DNA from: the human T2T-CHM13v2.0 reference genome, Homo sapiens
DNA length: 64,000 nucleotides
Direction: 5' to 3' (one strand)
Assembly (NCBI RefSeq): GCF_009914755.1
Contig: NC_060925.1
Position numbers and translations under genes: made by a program. A model generated the notes under the pieces. The model saw only the letters and a list, made by a program, of their open reading frames with translations, did not search any database and was not told the origin of the DNA. Position 1 is the stretch's first letter; the number at the start of each line of letters is the position of its first letter. This document shows positions 30,190 through 45,352 of this stretch, one piece after another.

Positions 30190-33100
30190 TTAAATATTTT
30201 TCCCATTTGTATTTGGTCATTTGTTCTCTTACTGCTGTTTTTTGGTGTTCTTTATGTATTCTGGATGCACTCCTCTGTCAGATATATAATTTGCAAATAT
30301 TTTCTCCCAGTCTGTGAATTGTCATTTTATTCTCTTTTGTACTTTTTTATGATCTTGTTCATTCCTGTTTATCTCTTTCCAATTTTGGTTTTCTCTCCGT
30401 TTGTCTTGTTCAGTTTCATTAGCCTTTATGAATAACAAAATATTATTATTTTATATTTTAATAAATATATAATATTTATTATGTAATATTCTACTACATA
30501 AGCCTCTGCTTATGTAATAGAATAGGGATCTCAAACTTCAAAATACTTTAAAAATGTAATTATCTATGGACCTGAACATTTTACCTTGTATCATGCACTT
30601 ATTGAACAGATAACTAGATTTACATTGCTTTAAATTAAATTATCATTAGCCTTTATGAATAACAATAGCATCCTTGATTCATTTGATTTCACTTTTAAAT
30701 TTTATTTAGTTATTTTTTATTCTAATTTTCACCTTACTTACTCCAACCTACTATCATTAGGTTTATATTTTTCTATTGTTTTCCTTTTCAGATATCTGTT
30801 TAGACCATTGTTATATTTAGATACTATTTCGCTCTAGTATAAGCATCTTAAGCTGCAAATTATTCTCTAAACATAGACTTGGCTACATCTCACAAATTTT
30901 ATGTTATAGTTTTGTAATTATTCAGCTAAAATATTCTCTGATCTTCTCTAGTCTTATTTGACTCATGGAGTATTTAGAGGTATATTGCTCAGTTTCCTAA
31001 AATCTAAGAATTTTTTAGTTATCATTACTTAATTCTGATAACTGCATGATTTTAATATCTTGAAAAGTTTTGAGGCTTGATGCATCTGCCAGTTTATGGT
31101 CCCTTGTGCTAAATGATCCATGTCCACTTGAAAACAAATACACTTCATTGTCGTGGCATATTGTCTATATAGGTTATCTAAGTCGACTTTATTCAGTACA
31201 TATTCATGGCAAATAAGCATATGTAAAGATGTGGAAACTGCAAATAAAGACAACAACGAAGTACTATTACATTCTTATTAGAATGGCTTAAATTAAAAGG
31301 TAAGAAACAAAAATTACAATATCAAATGCTCCTAAGGATGTGGAGAACAGGAACTCATATTTATTGCTGGTGAGAAATACAAAATGGCACAGTAATTTTG
31401 GAAAACAGTTTGTTTCTTGTAAAGTTAAACATCCACTTACATATGACCCAACAATCCATTAACTGTGTATTTACCCAAGTGAATTGAAAACTTATATTCA
31501 TACAAAAATCTATACATGAGTATTATAGCAATTTTATTCATAACTGTCAAAAATTGGAAACAAGATGATTTTAATAGGTAAATAGATAAAGAATCTGTAG
31601 CAATTCATACAGTGAGATACTATAAGCTATAAAAAGAAATGAACTATAGATTCATGTAACATGGATAAATTGTAAATTCATTTTGCAGAGGGAAAGGAGC
31701 AAGATCCAAAAGACTACAATATTGGATGATTCTATGTACTTGATATTCAGGAAAAGGCAAAATTATACAGATGGAAAACACGTCAATGGTTGTCAGATGC
31801 TGGAAGAGGGTGGACAGAGTTTATTACAAAGAAGTCCCATAAAAGAAATATTAGGGTGATAGAACTGCTCTGTATAGTACTGTGATGATAGTCACACAAG
31901 TCTATGCATTTGTCAAAGACTCATGGAATAATGCAACTCAAAAAATGAACTTTATTGTATGCAACTTTAAGAAAAATTCAACCAGAATTTTTAAAATAAT
32001 AATAATAACAGGGGGCTTCCCATTTACACCATTCTGGAATAGCAGGTGTCAGATTTACCTCCCTGTCTTAAGCAAGTATAAAATTGGAGAAAATGTATAA
32101 AGCAACTAGTTTCAGACATTGGACACAGACAGTGGTCCTGTGATCCTGGAGAGAATGGAAACACACAAACTGAGCTCTACTTTCACCCCAGCTTTCTGCT
32201 TAAGAACATTTTCTAAACGGCAGTTGAGGAAAGTGAAATCAAAATAGAATGAAATGATTTTTCCAAGTGGAAGAAAAAATAGAGTTTGAGACTTCTACAG
32301 AGGCTGGAAATTACAGGTCATAGTACTCAAGAGATAAGAACTGCACAAAAAAGGAGCTCCAGAAATCTGAAAATTAGTCTCACTGAGTCTCTAGTCAAAT
32401 TTAAAATTGAGCATGCACAAAGGGATACTGCACAAGACTGAGAGGAAAGCCACTGGGGGGCTGTGAGCCAAACAGATATTGTGGAGTTCACACAGTTCTA
32501 GGGTTATTAGAGTTTTGAACACTTAAACAATCCTGGTATAACATGTGGGATATATAGCTGAAACCGCAGAAGGGCCACAATGCTGAATACAGCTCAGAAG
32601 TAAGGGGTATTATTTGTCTGATCCTAGCAAAGCCTAAAACAAGCCTACACACACACATAAAAGAAGCCAATTTGCGAACAAAAAAAGCTGATTTGCCAAC
32701 AAATTATCTGCTTACCAGTAAAATCTCAACACTGTCTAAAAGAAAACAACATCACTCAGACTCTCAAAAATGGGGCACTCATAATGCCAGGCAAATATTA
32801 TAGGAAAATAGCTATAAATTAATGATAAAAAAGAAAAAAAAGACAATTGATGCACAAAGTTAAGATTGACTACTGGCTTCTTATAAGAAGTAATTCAAAT
32901 TAGAAGACAATCCAAAACAACAACAAACAATAAGTAAAAACAAAACAAAACAAAACAAAAAAAGCATTTTTAATGTATAATTCTCTTTCCAGAGAAATGT
33001 ACATCAAAAAAGAAGACAAAACATTTTAAGACGAAGGTGGCAGACGTATTACTAGTAAATATGCACTACAAGAAATGCTAATGTCAGTTCTTTAGGCAAC

Positions 33101-34520
33101 TCGTACCTAAATAAAGGAATAAAGAATACTGAAAACGATAAATACGTGGGCAACTATAAAAGTGAAAGCAGGAAAAAGTATAAAATGCAAACCTTATTAA
33201 ACAGTAGAGAAATCAATGAAACCAAGAGCTGGTTTTCAAGATGTTTTCTTAAGTAATAAACATCTCACTAGACAAATCAAGAAAAAGAGAAAGAAAACGC
33301 AAATTATTAATCAGAAATAAAAGGGGAAATATCTTATACATCCTATAATACCTATGTCAGCAAAATCAATAGCTTAGATGAAGGAGGAAAAGCCCTTAAA
33401 AATTGAAACTTAATAAAACTGGCATAAGATAAAATAGAAAATTCAAATAGCCCATATCTGTCAAGAAATCTTCAGGCCCAGGTGACTTCAATATTATGTT
33501 CTATCAAACGTTTAAGGAAGAAATAATACTGATTTTGCTGATTTTGTAAAAACATTTTCAGAAAATTAAAAAAAAAAGTGTATCAGCAAGATGGAAGAAT
33601 AGGAGGCCCCCTGCTCAAACTCCACCACAGCAATAATTTAGCAGGCCATGAACAAAGTGCCAATGCTGGAACATTGAGATCAGGTAGAAAGTTGCAAAAC
33701 CCTGGTGGACCCCAAGACCAAAGACAGTAATTTTGAGAAAGCAGATCTACTCCCAAGTAACAGATTGTGATCTCAGGTACAGACCCAGAAATAGCCCTGT
33801 CCCTCTGTGGACTCAGCTATAATTCTGTTTGGTTTTGCTCCTGTCACCAGTAGCATCTGACTAGGTACCCAGGGGAAGTCATGCCCACCTATACCATGGA
33901 TAGCAGGCCTGCCAACCTCAGTCTTAGTAACAGACCCTGAAGCAGCCTGTGACTAGGCTCTGGCCCCTCTCAGCTGCAGTTTTGGGGCATTTCTACCTTC
34001 CTAGGAACTTGACAGAAGGCACACCCATTCGTACCCCCAGAGGCTGACCTGTAGACCTCTGTTCCAGCTGTGGACTCTGAGGAAGCCCTGTGACTTGGTT
34101 CAAGCTCCTTTTAGCCACAATCCTACTTCCCAAGAACCTGCACAGTGACCTGCAAGGAGGCAACAAGGATAGACAATAAAGAAAGGGTAGTATTTTCAAT
34201 AAATGATGTCAGAAAAACTGGATATCCATACGTAATAGAATAAAATTGGCCCTTGACCTTATACCATAAACAAAACTTTACTTGAAATGAATTAAAGACT
34301 TAAATATAAGACACTAACTTGTAACACTCCTAAAAGAAAACTAAGAACAAAGCTCCTGGACGTTGGTCTGGACAGTGACTTCTTGGACATGACACCAAAA
34401 GCACAGGCAACAAAAAGCAAAAATAAACAAATGGGACCACATCAAACTAAAAAGTTTCTGCACAGCAAAGGAAGCAATCAACAAAATTAAAAGGCAACCA
34501 TTGAAATGGTAAAAATATAT
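30190..34520. mobile_element. Mosaic of old L1M pieces (minus ~30190-31210; plus ~31210-34520, including 5'UTR-like segments)
   Basis: atttgcaaatattttctcccagtctgtg (minus ORF2); L1MC-like 3' end; caagatgg 5' start near 33587; ORF2 motifs 34165-34520. Confidence 0.65.
30501..30636 (-). repeat. Inverted copy of 28954-29088
   Basis: Near-perfect reverse complement over ~135 bp, enclosed by a 23-bp direct repeat. Confidence 0.93.
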
Positions 34521-35906
34521 GTCATTATTTTAGAGATAATGTACTAGGCAAAAGGAGTCAATCTTAATTTGGAAGGGTATTGTCAGAATATCTCCATTAA
34601 TCAGTGACCCTTCAGTTGAGCCTTTAAAGAATGGCTCACCTGGGAGAAGATGGAGAAAGTTCATGCAAGTAAGGAGAATGCATTGCATGAGGAGTGAGGA
34701 GAGTAAGAGTGATTGTTTGCAGTGCAGCACCTGTTTAACTCATTCAAGTAGGAGGTAAATGGTAGTGACAATGTAGTATGGATATACCATGAAATTCATC
34801 TACTGTGCTGCACTATACAGGGAGGGCCATTTGGGGCCCCCTCCTTGAGGATTCCACAGTCATGAGCTCTAGCATGTCACTTATCACATTATGTTGGAAC
34901 TGTTTATACATATATCTTTCCAAATAAATGCCAAGCTCCTTGGAAATCAGGGATTGGATTTACTTCATATCTGTATTCCTAACTTGCATAGGACTTGGCA
35001 CATGGTTGGCATTCAATAAAGGCATGTATATTAAACAACTGTGATGAATGCTACACTTGAGTTCAGAACAAAGTGTTAAAGTGCAGAAAAGCATGAAGCC
35101 ACTGGCTTTGCTGAGTGTTGGCAAAGGTTTCCTAAGCAGTAATATCCATAATGATCAGATCAAAATCTTTTTGTTTATCCTACTAGACTGCAACTTTCTA
35201 AAATAAAATGTTTTAGGCATAATGTGACTTATTCCATAGATGCCTCAGGATCTAGAAAATTCAGCTGCTTGTCTCTTGAAGCTTAGGAATGCATGTTTCT
35301 ACAGCTGCTGACTTGTTAACATTACTAGGGTTATATGAACTTGGCCTGTCTGGGTTGAGTTACAGCTGGGCTGGAAGAAATATATTTTCTAAACTCAAAA
35401 TCAGAACACATAGTCTGACAAGTGCATTTCTGGAAAAAACAGAGTAAGATATTTAAAATGGCAACTGTCTTGGAAAATCTCTGTAACCTCCAGTTGCTAT
35501 TAGCATAGCCTATTACTTACTTGTGCCTAAGAATGTGTGAATCCCTTTGATTCCTGTGGGATATAGTCTGTGGTTGATAAGAGTGAAATTGGAGCTGGAT
35601 AGGATTCAGTGGAATGGTGAATAAATGAGGAATATCAACAAAAAGTGGATAGGAAGGGAAAAAAGAACAGGCACTCTGCACATAAAAATTACACGTTTTC
35701 TAAAATAAGTAAAAGAGAAAATACAGGGCTTCTTCAGTGTAAAATAACTTTGTTTGACGATCAAAAAAAAAAGGCGTAATAAAATTAAGAGAGGAAAGAA
35801 TGGAAAACAATAAACTCAGTGTTGATAGCTCCCAAGGATCCAACTTGGCTCCTTTCTAGCTGCATGAACATGGAATTATCACTGACTCTCTCTGAGGTTT
35901 AGTTCC

Positions 35907-38351
35907 TGATATGGGTCTTGATGTTTGTCTCCTCCAACTCTCATGTTGAAATTTAACCCTTGATATTGGGGATAGGACCTGGTAGGAGGTGTTTCGGTCA
36001 GGGGGAAGACATCTCATGAATGGCATGTTGCCCTCCTTATGGTAGTGAGTGAGTTCTCATTCTATTAGTTCACGTGAGAGCAGGTTGTTTAAAGAGCCTG
36101 GCATCTCCTCCCTTCTCTCTCTCTTTCTCCTGATTTTGCCATGTTATGTGCCTGCTTCTGCTTCATCTTCTGCCATGATTGAAAGCTTCCTGAGGCTCTC
36201 ACCAGAAGCTGAGCAGATGTTGGTGCCATGCTTGTGTAGCCTGCAGAACTGTGAGCCAATTAAACCTCTTTTCTTTATAAATTACTCAATCTCAGGTATT
36301 TACAGTAATGCAAAAAGCAGACTAATACAGAAAACTGGTACTGAGAAGTGGGGCATTGCTATAAAGATACCTAAATATGTGGAAGCAGCTGTGGAACTGG
36401 GTAACAGGCAGAAATTGGAAGAGTTTGGAGGGCTCAGAAGAAGATGGGAAAACCAGGGAAAGTTTGGGATTTCTTAGAGACTTTTTCAATGATTGTGACC
36501 CAAATGCTGATAGAAGTATGGACAGTGAAGGTCAGGCTGAGGAGGTCTCAGATAGAAATGAAGAAGTTATTCGGAACCAGAGCAAAGGTCTCCCTTGTTA
36601 TGCCCTAGCAAAGAGCTTAACTGAATTCTGTCCACATCTTAGGGATTTGTGGAAGTTTAAACTTAAGATTGATGACCCAGCTTATCTGGCAAAAGAAATT
36701 TATAAGTAGTAAATCATTCAAGAAGTGACCTGACCGCTTCTAACAGCCTATAATCATATATGGGAGTGAAGAAGTTACTTAAAGATTTATATTTAAAGGG
36801 GAAGCAGACCATAAAACTTTGGAAAATTTGAAGCCTGATCACATGGAAGAGAAAGAAAAAGCATTTTCAGGAGAAAAATACAAGTAGGATTCAGAGCACT
36901 CACTTGCTAGAGAGATTAGCATGACTAAAAGAGAGCCATTTCTAATATCCAAGACAATGGGAAAAAGGCCTTGAAGCCAATTAGAAGTCTTCAGGAAAGC
37001 CCCTCCCATCACAGGCCTAGAAGCCTTGGAGAAAAGAATGGTTTTGGCAGCCAGGCCTAGGGGGCCACTTCACTGCTCAGCTGCAGGACACTGTTCCCTC
37101 ATCCTGGCTGCTCTAGCTCCCGCTGTGGGTCAAAGGGGCCTAGATACAGCTTGGGCTGCAGCTTTGGAGAGTGAAAGCCACCATAAGCCTCGGCATCTTT
37201 CACATGGTGTTACATCTGATGGCTTGCAGAATGCAACAGTGAAGGAGGCTTGGCAGCTTCCATCTAAATTTCAGAGTATGTATCAGAAACCCTGCCACAG
37301 AAGCAGAGTCCCCATGGAGAGACTCTACTAGGACAGCACCAAGAGGATCTGTGGGGTAGCCCCTAAATAGAGTCCCCCACTAGAACACTCCCTATTTGAG
37401 CTGTGGGAAGGGGGCAACCACCCTCCAAATGGTAGAGCCATTGGCGGCTTGCATTTGGAACCTACAAAAGCCTTAGGCATTCAATTCCAACCTGAGAGAG
37501 CAGCCATGGGGCCTGCACCCTGCAAAACTAAAGGAGCAGAGCTACCCAAGGTTTTGGGTGCTCACCTCTTGCACCAATGTGCCCTGGATGTGGACATTGA
37601 GTCAAAGGAGATGATTTTGGAGCTTAAAGATTTAATGACTACCCTGCAGAGTTCCAGATTTGTGTGGGGCCTATTGCACCTTCTTTTATGAATTTCTGTC
37701 TTTTGGAATGAGAATGTATATCCAATGCCTGTACCACCATTGCATCTTGGAAGTAAATAACTTGGTTTTGATTTTACAGGTTCATAGGCGGAAGGAGCTT
37801 GCCTTGAGTTTCAAATGAGACTTTGGAATTGATGTTGGCATGAATTAAGACTTTAGGGGACTCTTGGGAAGATATTACTGTATTTTGCAATGGGAGGAGG
37901 ATGTGAGATTTGGAGGGCCAAGGGCAGGATGATATGGTTTGGATGTTTGTCTTCTCCAAACCTCATGTTGAAATGTAATCCCTAGTGTGGAAGGTGAGGT
38001 CTGGTGAGTGGTGTTTGGGTCAGGGGAATACCTCATGAATGGTGTGCTGCCCTCCTCATGGTAATGAGTGAGTTCTTATTTCATTAGTTCACACGAGAGC
38101 TGGTTGTTTAAAGAGCCTAGCACTTCCTCCCTTCTCTCCCTCTTGCTTCTGATCTTGCCATGTTATGTGCCTGCTCATACTTCATCTTCAGCCATGATTG
38201 GAAGCTTCCTGAGGCTCTCACCAGAAACTGAGCAGATGTTGGTGCCATGCTTGTACAGCCTGCAGAACCATGAGCCAATTAAAGCTCTTTTCTTTATAAA
38301 TTACTCAGTATCAGGTATTAATTTATAGTAATGCAAAAATGGAATAATACA
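35907..38351 (+). mobile_element. Full-length MSTB-type MaLR provirus (LTRs 35907-36329 and 37930-38351)
   Basis: LTRs tgatatgg...taataca; MST-int between them; imperfect TSD gttcc/gtttc; interrupts a MIR core. Confidence 0.9.
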
Positions 38352-39039
38352 GTTTCTCATAAGAAAAATGGAGTAAAAATTCTTGTCTCATAAAATCACA
38401 TGTGCAAGATATCTGGCATAGTATCCAACAAGAATATAAGCAAATTAAATTTGAAGTAAGAGGAATTTCTACCATAGAAATTAGAAAGAAGTAGTAGAAA
38501 GGACTCAAGTAGTAAAAAGAGGAAGTTCAGAAAAAGATAGCAAAGATTAAGCCCAAGAATAAATGATATAAACATATCAAAAAAATAAAATTGTGGAACA
38601 TCAGAGACAGATTAGCTACAAAGACTCTGAAGGAAGAGAAACTGGACTTTGAAAGCTAATGAAATTACAAATGTAGAAATGATTTGGAAATGTAAAGGAA
38701 ACATCCAGATGTATGAAGTCATTAAATACTAAAGTGAGACAACCATGAACAAAATGAGACAATATTAGGCTTCCATAAGTGGACATTAAAGCATAACCTC
38801 AAATGTTAGTAAAGAGCTCCAGACTTTGAGGAAACAAGAGTGGCAGATGGTCCAGCTGGCTGTAATCTGAGATCAAACACCTTTTTTAAACAAAGAAAGC
38901 TAGGCAAAGTCTTTGTATGCAAGCCTGAATGGCAGACTAAAGAACAGTCCTTCACATATGTGCTACTCTATCTTTCTCTTTTTTCTTAACCACTTAGATA
39001 AACTTTGAACCTGTTAGTGTTAATCTCTAATGAGAAGGA

Positions 39040-39352
39040 TTTATTATTATTATTACTATTATTATTATTTTTAGAGCTGGGGCTTTGCTCTGTCACCCAC
39101 ACTGGAATGCAGTGGTACAATCATAGGTTACCACAGCCTTGAACATCTGGGCTCAAGCAGTCCTCCTGCCTCAGCCTCCTGAACAGCTAGGACTACAGGC
39201 ACCCACCACCACACCCAGCTAATTTTTATTTTTTATAGAGATAGGGTCTTGCTATGTTTCCCAGGCTGGTTTCAAACTCCTGGCCTCAAGCATTCCTCCC
39301 ACCTCAGCCTCCCAAAATGCTGGGATTACAGGAATGAGAAACTGTGCCCAGC
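39040..39352 (-). mobile_element. AluJ
   Basis: Diverged reverse Alu (ctgggctcaagcagtcctcc) with (TTA)n tail. Confidence 0.9.
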
Positions 39353-39629
39353 AAGAATAACTCTAAAAGATTTTATATATATATACATATATATGTGTGT
39401 GTGTATATATATATATTTCATATATAAAATATATATTATCTAATATATACGTATTAGAGAAATGCAAATCAAAACCACAATGGGATACCATATGTATAGT
39501 ATACATACACACACATTTATACCACAGATCTCCAATACAGAGCACACAGATGTCACCCAAGATTTTTTTCTGTCTCTATCACTGGCCCTGAAAAGGTTCT
39601 ATAATGCTGAGTTTGTTAGCAGCACGCTG

Positions 39630-39870
39630 CAGAATCTGGTATAAGGAAGGAACTCCAGAGCTGGAGGTGGAGACCCATGCTCTAGGCTCAGCTCTGCCAG
39701 TACTATCCATGTGACTTTGCCAAGTCCCTTAAATTTTCTGAGTTTCAGACTTCTTATGTGTAAAATGAGCACTTGAATCCTATCTACTTTAACCAAGTCA
39801 CAGAGTTGCGAAGATGATCAAGTGAAATACCACAGGGAAAAGTTACACAAAGAGTAGTTATTATTAGGTC
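39630..39870 (+). mobile_element. MIR
   Basis: tgtgactttgccaagtcccttaaattttctgagtttcagacttcttatgtgtaaaatg MIR core. Confidence 0.75.
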
Positions 39871-40495
39871 ATCGAGAAGACTGTGGTACTGAGGAGGCCA
39901 AAGCATCTGCAGTAGATGTCCAGTAGAACAGCTAACTGGCCATAATTCTGTGTCAACTGGCTAAGTTATGTTCTAGGCTTTCAGAGCACAAGAACACCAG
40001 GAATAAGGCATGGTTCTATGTCTTTTTCTAGCTCACACTTAGGAAATGGCAGAAGGAAGGAGGTAGTGGGACAGAAATAAGGACATATTACTGCTGTCTC
40101 TCCTGGTGATACCTATTGCTTACTTTCTCTGATCATGTCCTAATGATTTACACCAGGAAGATAAAAAAGGAAGCAAATTGGCCTGGATGAGGATTTGAGA
40201 AAATAGCCTTATTTTACAGGTTAGAAAACCTTTTTCTTTATTTTATTTCATTTGCTCCTCATCACCTCACTGTGTTATAGAAATCTAGGTAGTTCCATTT
40301 TTGCAGATGAACAAAAAGAGGTTCAGGGAGTTAAGTTACTTGTGCTGCCCAAGATCACATAGAGAAAGAATCTACCCTACAACTAAAATTTTGTGACTCT
40401 GAGCCACATAATACTAATCCAGCTAGAGGGAGATGATGGTGGTAATTAGAAAAGCCATTCTTCCAGCCCTAAAGCCTCATATTACCTATACGCCA

Positions 40496-41935
40496 TTTTT
40501 TTTTTTTTTAGTTTTATTTTAAGTTCTGGGGTACATGTGCAGGATGTGCAGGTTTGTTACATAGGTAAATGTGTGCCATGATGGTTTGCTGAACCTATTA
40601 ACCCATCACCTAGGTATTAAGCTCAGCATGCGTTAGTTATTTTTCCTAATGCCCTCCCTTCCTCCAACCCCACCCCGACAGGCCCCCAGTGTGTTGTTCC
40701 CCTCCCTGTGTCCATGTGTTCTCACTGTTCAGCTCCCAATTATAAGTGAGAACATCCAGCGTCTGGTTTTCTGTTCCTCCCTTAGTTTGCGAGGATAATG
40801 GCTTCCAGCTCTATCCATGTCCCTGCAAAGGATATGATCTCATTCCTTTTTATGGCTCCATAGTATTCCATGGTGTATATGTACCTCATTTTCTTTATCC
40901 AGTCTATTATTGGTGGGCATTTGGGTTGATTCCATGTCTGTGCTATTGTAAACAGTGTTGCAATGAACATATATGTGCATGCATCTTTGTAATAGAATGA
41001 TTTATATTCCTTTGGGTGTATACCCAGTAATGGGATTGCTGGGTCAAAAGGTATCTCTGGTTCTAGATCGTTAAGGAATCGCCACACCATCTTCCACAAT
41101 GGTTGAACTAATTTACATTCCCACCAACAGTGTAAAAGCCTTCCTATTTCTCCACAACCTCACCAGCATCTGTTTTTTTTCTTGATTTTTTAATAATCAT
41201 CATTCTGACTAGCCTGAGATGGTATTTCACTGTGGTTTTGACTTGCATTTCTCTAATGATCAGTGATGTTGAGCTTTTTTTAATATGTTTTCATATACTG
41301 CACAAATGTCTTCTTTTGAGAAGTATCTGTTCATTTCCTTTGCCTACTTTTTAATGGGGTTAATTGTTTTTTTCTTGTAAATTTGTTTAAGTTCCTTATA
41401 GAATCTGGATATTAGACCTCTGTCAGATGGATAGATTGCAAAGTTCTTCTTCCACTCTGTAGGTTGCCTGTTGGCTCTGATGAGAGTTTATTTTGCTGTG
41501 CAGAAGCTCTTTAGTTTAATTAGATCCCATTTGTCAATTTTTGCTTTTGTTACGATTGCTTTTGGTGATTTTGTTATGCAATCTTTGCCCATGCCTATGT
41601 CTTGAATGATATTGCCTAGATTTTCTTCTAGGGTTTTTATAGTTTGGGGTTTTACGATTAAGTCTTTAATTCATCTTGAGTTAATTTTTGTAAATGGCAT
41701 AAGGAAGGGGTCCAGTTTCAATTTTCTGCATATGGCTAGCCAGTTCTCTCAGCACCATTTATTAAATAGGGAATCCTTTCTCCATTGCTTGTTCTTGTCA
41801 GGGTTGAAGATCAGATGGCTGTAAATGTGCAGTCTTATTTCTGAGTTCTCTATTCTGTTCCATTGGTCTGTGTATCTGTTTTTGTACCAGTACCATGCTG
41901 TTTTGGTTACTGTAGCCTTGTAGTATAATTTGAGG
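40496..41935 (-). mobile_element. 5'-truncated L1PA (~1.4 kb)
   Basis: Poly-T, L1PA 3' UTR, ORF2 C-terminus ([19 protein letters not shown]; EIPFDPAIPLLG); TSD-like tatac(g/a)ccatttt. Confidence 0.93.
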
Positions 41936-43349
41936 TTGCATGGCATATACACCATTTTCTGATGTCTGTACTTACAGTTCAAAGAGCCACTGATTAAGTT
42001 TTTACTAAAATATGCCATCTATACCTTTGGGATCTCTTTTAAGTCTGTTGCCTATCTTGAGGAATTAGGTTCTGAGTAAATTCATTCATTTGGATTTCAA
42101 TTGCCTTTATCTTCACAAGCAAACACTTTATAGGCTGCTAATTAATAAAACACAAGGCCCTTCACACAAGCTAAAAATATATGTTATTTTGTTTCCGCTA
42201 CCTATACTTAGTCATTCTAGAAAGACTGGACTGAGAAAATTTGGCAAAATGAGAGACATAATTCTTAAATGTCATTAAACCTTTTTAGAGAAATAAAGTG
42301 CAGTTTCAAAGGAGTAAGATAATCCCACATAACTGCTCACTGCCTTAAGTGAAACAGAATGATATTAAAATGGAAAGTCACAATAGCTACCTGCCATAAA
42401 GTAATAAAAAATAACTCATTTATTTTCTCTATTTTTTTAATGGTTAGCAAATTGGCTGGGGATGGATAAAGAACCCAATAGGTATCTAGTCTACTTATCC
42501 AGGAAAGGAGCAAAGCCACAGAGTCAAGGAAATTTGATACGCAGCGACTTTGAAGGAGACAGAGTAGGTAACTATCTGCCTGGAGTGGTTTGGGGTTATC
42601 AGTGGTCCCAACAGCTTCCTGTCTGTCTTGGTACCAGCCTTCCCGCCTCTCTGACTTGGTATTCATCACATTGGATAACACTGAGACATGGGAGGGATAT
42701 TGTTTCCTGAGGGCATAGTTAAAAGACATAGTAATTTTAATTTCCTTTCTTGGCCTATCTTCCTAGGAACTTGGGAGGAGATGGGTATCTGGAAGTTTAC
42801 ATGTCCAGATTTTTTTTTCAGAAGTTAAAATACCAGACATTGGCTCTTTCAACACACTTCAAAGAGAATTCTCTAACCATCCCAAACATTTATCTTATCT
42901 AATTGGTAGAGACATATCTTTAGTGAAAGTATGCCAAACTGGAGGAATATCACCCATTTTGGCCAGTTGGGGTCTGATGGGTGTGAAGGAAGTCTTCTTG
43001 GTGAAAATGACATCTGTGTGCTAAGTCTTAAAAAATGTGTAGGTGTTGACTAGGTGAAATAGAGGGAATATAGTGAATAGTACTGGCCTGTGTATAGCCT
43101 ACAGCATGAGAAAGCTTGGTGCATTTGGAGAGCTGCAAGAAGTTGCTGATGACTGGCTGGTTTAGAGAACTTTATCTATGAGGCTAAGGATTCAAGACAC
43201 TATTCTCCACAGCAGTGGTAATCAAAATTTTAGAATTAAAACAACATTTTAAGACTAAGAGTGGTTTTTGAGGGCATCCACATATGATTGGCTATAATAT
43301 CATTATCTATTCACTTAAAATATTCAAAATGCAAGCTAACAGAAATTCA

Positions 43350-43716
<367 letters not shown>

Positions 43717-44882
43717 TATGGATATGTGAGGTGTTATTCAATCAATAGATAGTGAAGAGTACCCACAGGGATTTATAGACTAGACAAGTCTTTCTCTGTC
43801 CTCTGTGTCTGAAGACTACAGGAGGCTGCAAAGCATGGAAAACTATTGAAAGGTTTGAAACAGAAGAATAACATAATCAGATAAATGCTCTAAATTATTT
43901 CCTCCCTTGTCACAAAAAGCAGTTAAAGATTGTATGTGTTACTTTTTTTATGAGAATTTTCATTTAAGGGAGAATTCTTAAGTGATGGACAATGCTTAAC
44001 AAAATGGAATAAATTGCAAATGTCAGTTTGCAATGGGTAGTTGGGAAATTTAGTATGAGAACTCTACCAGTTCTTCGAAACTCAGTAAAGAATAAAGCAA
44101 ATACATGATCGTTGCTAGAGTAATATTTAGGATAAAAGACTTATGTGTGCATAAATCTTTATTTATTACCTGGTGTTGTCAGAGAATGTATGTAATGGGG
44201 ATGTATATAATGCATATGAGTTACCAATTTTCAAAAAGTACACTGCAATAGACAGACCTCTCTCTTCCTCAATCAAACCAGTCTTCTCAATCAGAACACC
44301 CTTTGTCTCTGGGCTGTCTTCAGAAAGATTTAAAGAAACAAGCAATGTGTATCATCCCATTGGAGTTATATATATTAAAGAATCAATGGCTGCTAACTTC
44401 CTAATAGGACATTTTACACTTAAAGGAGTAGTTTGCTAACCCAAAAGGATAGTTAGTTGGGAAAATTGTTACAGAGATACAGGAGAGGAGTCTATTTTGA
44501 GAAGCAGGTTGTTTTGGGGTCAACTCTATCCTATCATTTCTCTAGTGTCTTATAGTTCTCTGATATCAACTTTAAGAATATCCATTATTATGTTATTATA
44601 GATATGTAAATGTGACATAAAATGAATTTTATTCCAGAAGAAAAAAGAAAAAACACCCACACTAGGAATCAGATCATATTGTAAAGATTATGGCATTATA
44701 CAGATGTGTAACTCTGGACAAACGTTTCACTTCTATGGGCCTCAATTTCCTCATATATAAAATGGAGATTGGGCTGGGTGTGGTGCCATTGTAGGAGGGC
44801 AGAGTGGTTTTTTGTGTGTGATGACCATTACCCGACTAATCGCTATTAGTTACTTGGCTGATATGACTGGCCAAGCGAGTAG

Positions 44883-45352
<470 letters not shown>

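Noticed and set aside
36049-38328. Several 80-140 aa ORFs, two of them similar to each other
   Set aside because: They are the two LTRs and internal region of the MSTB element.
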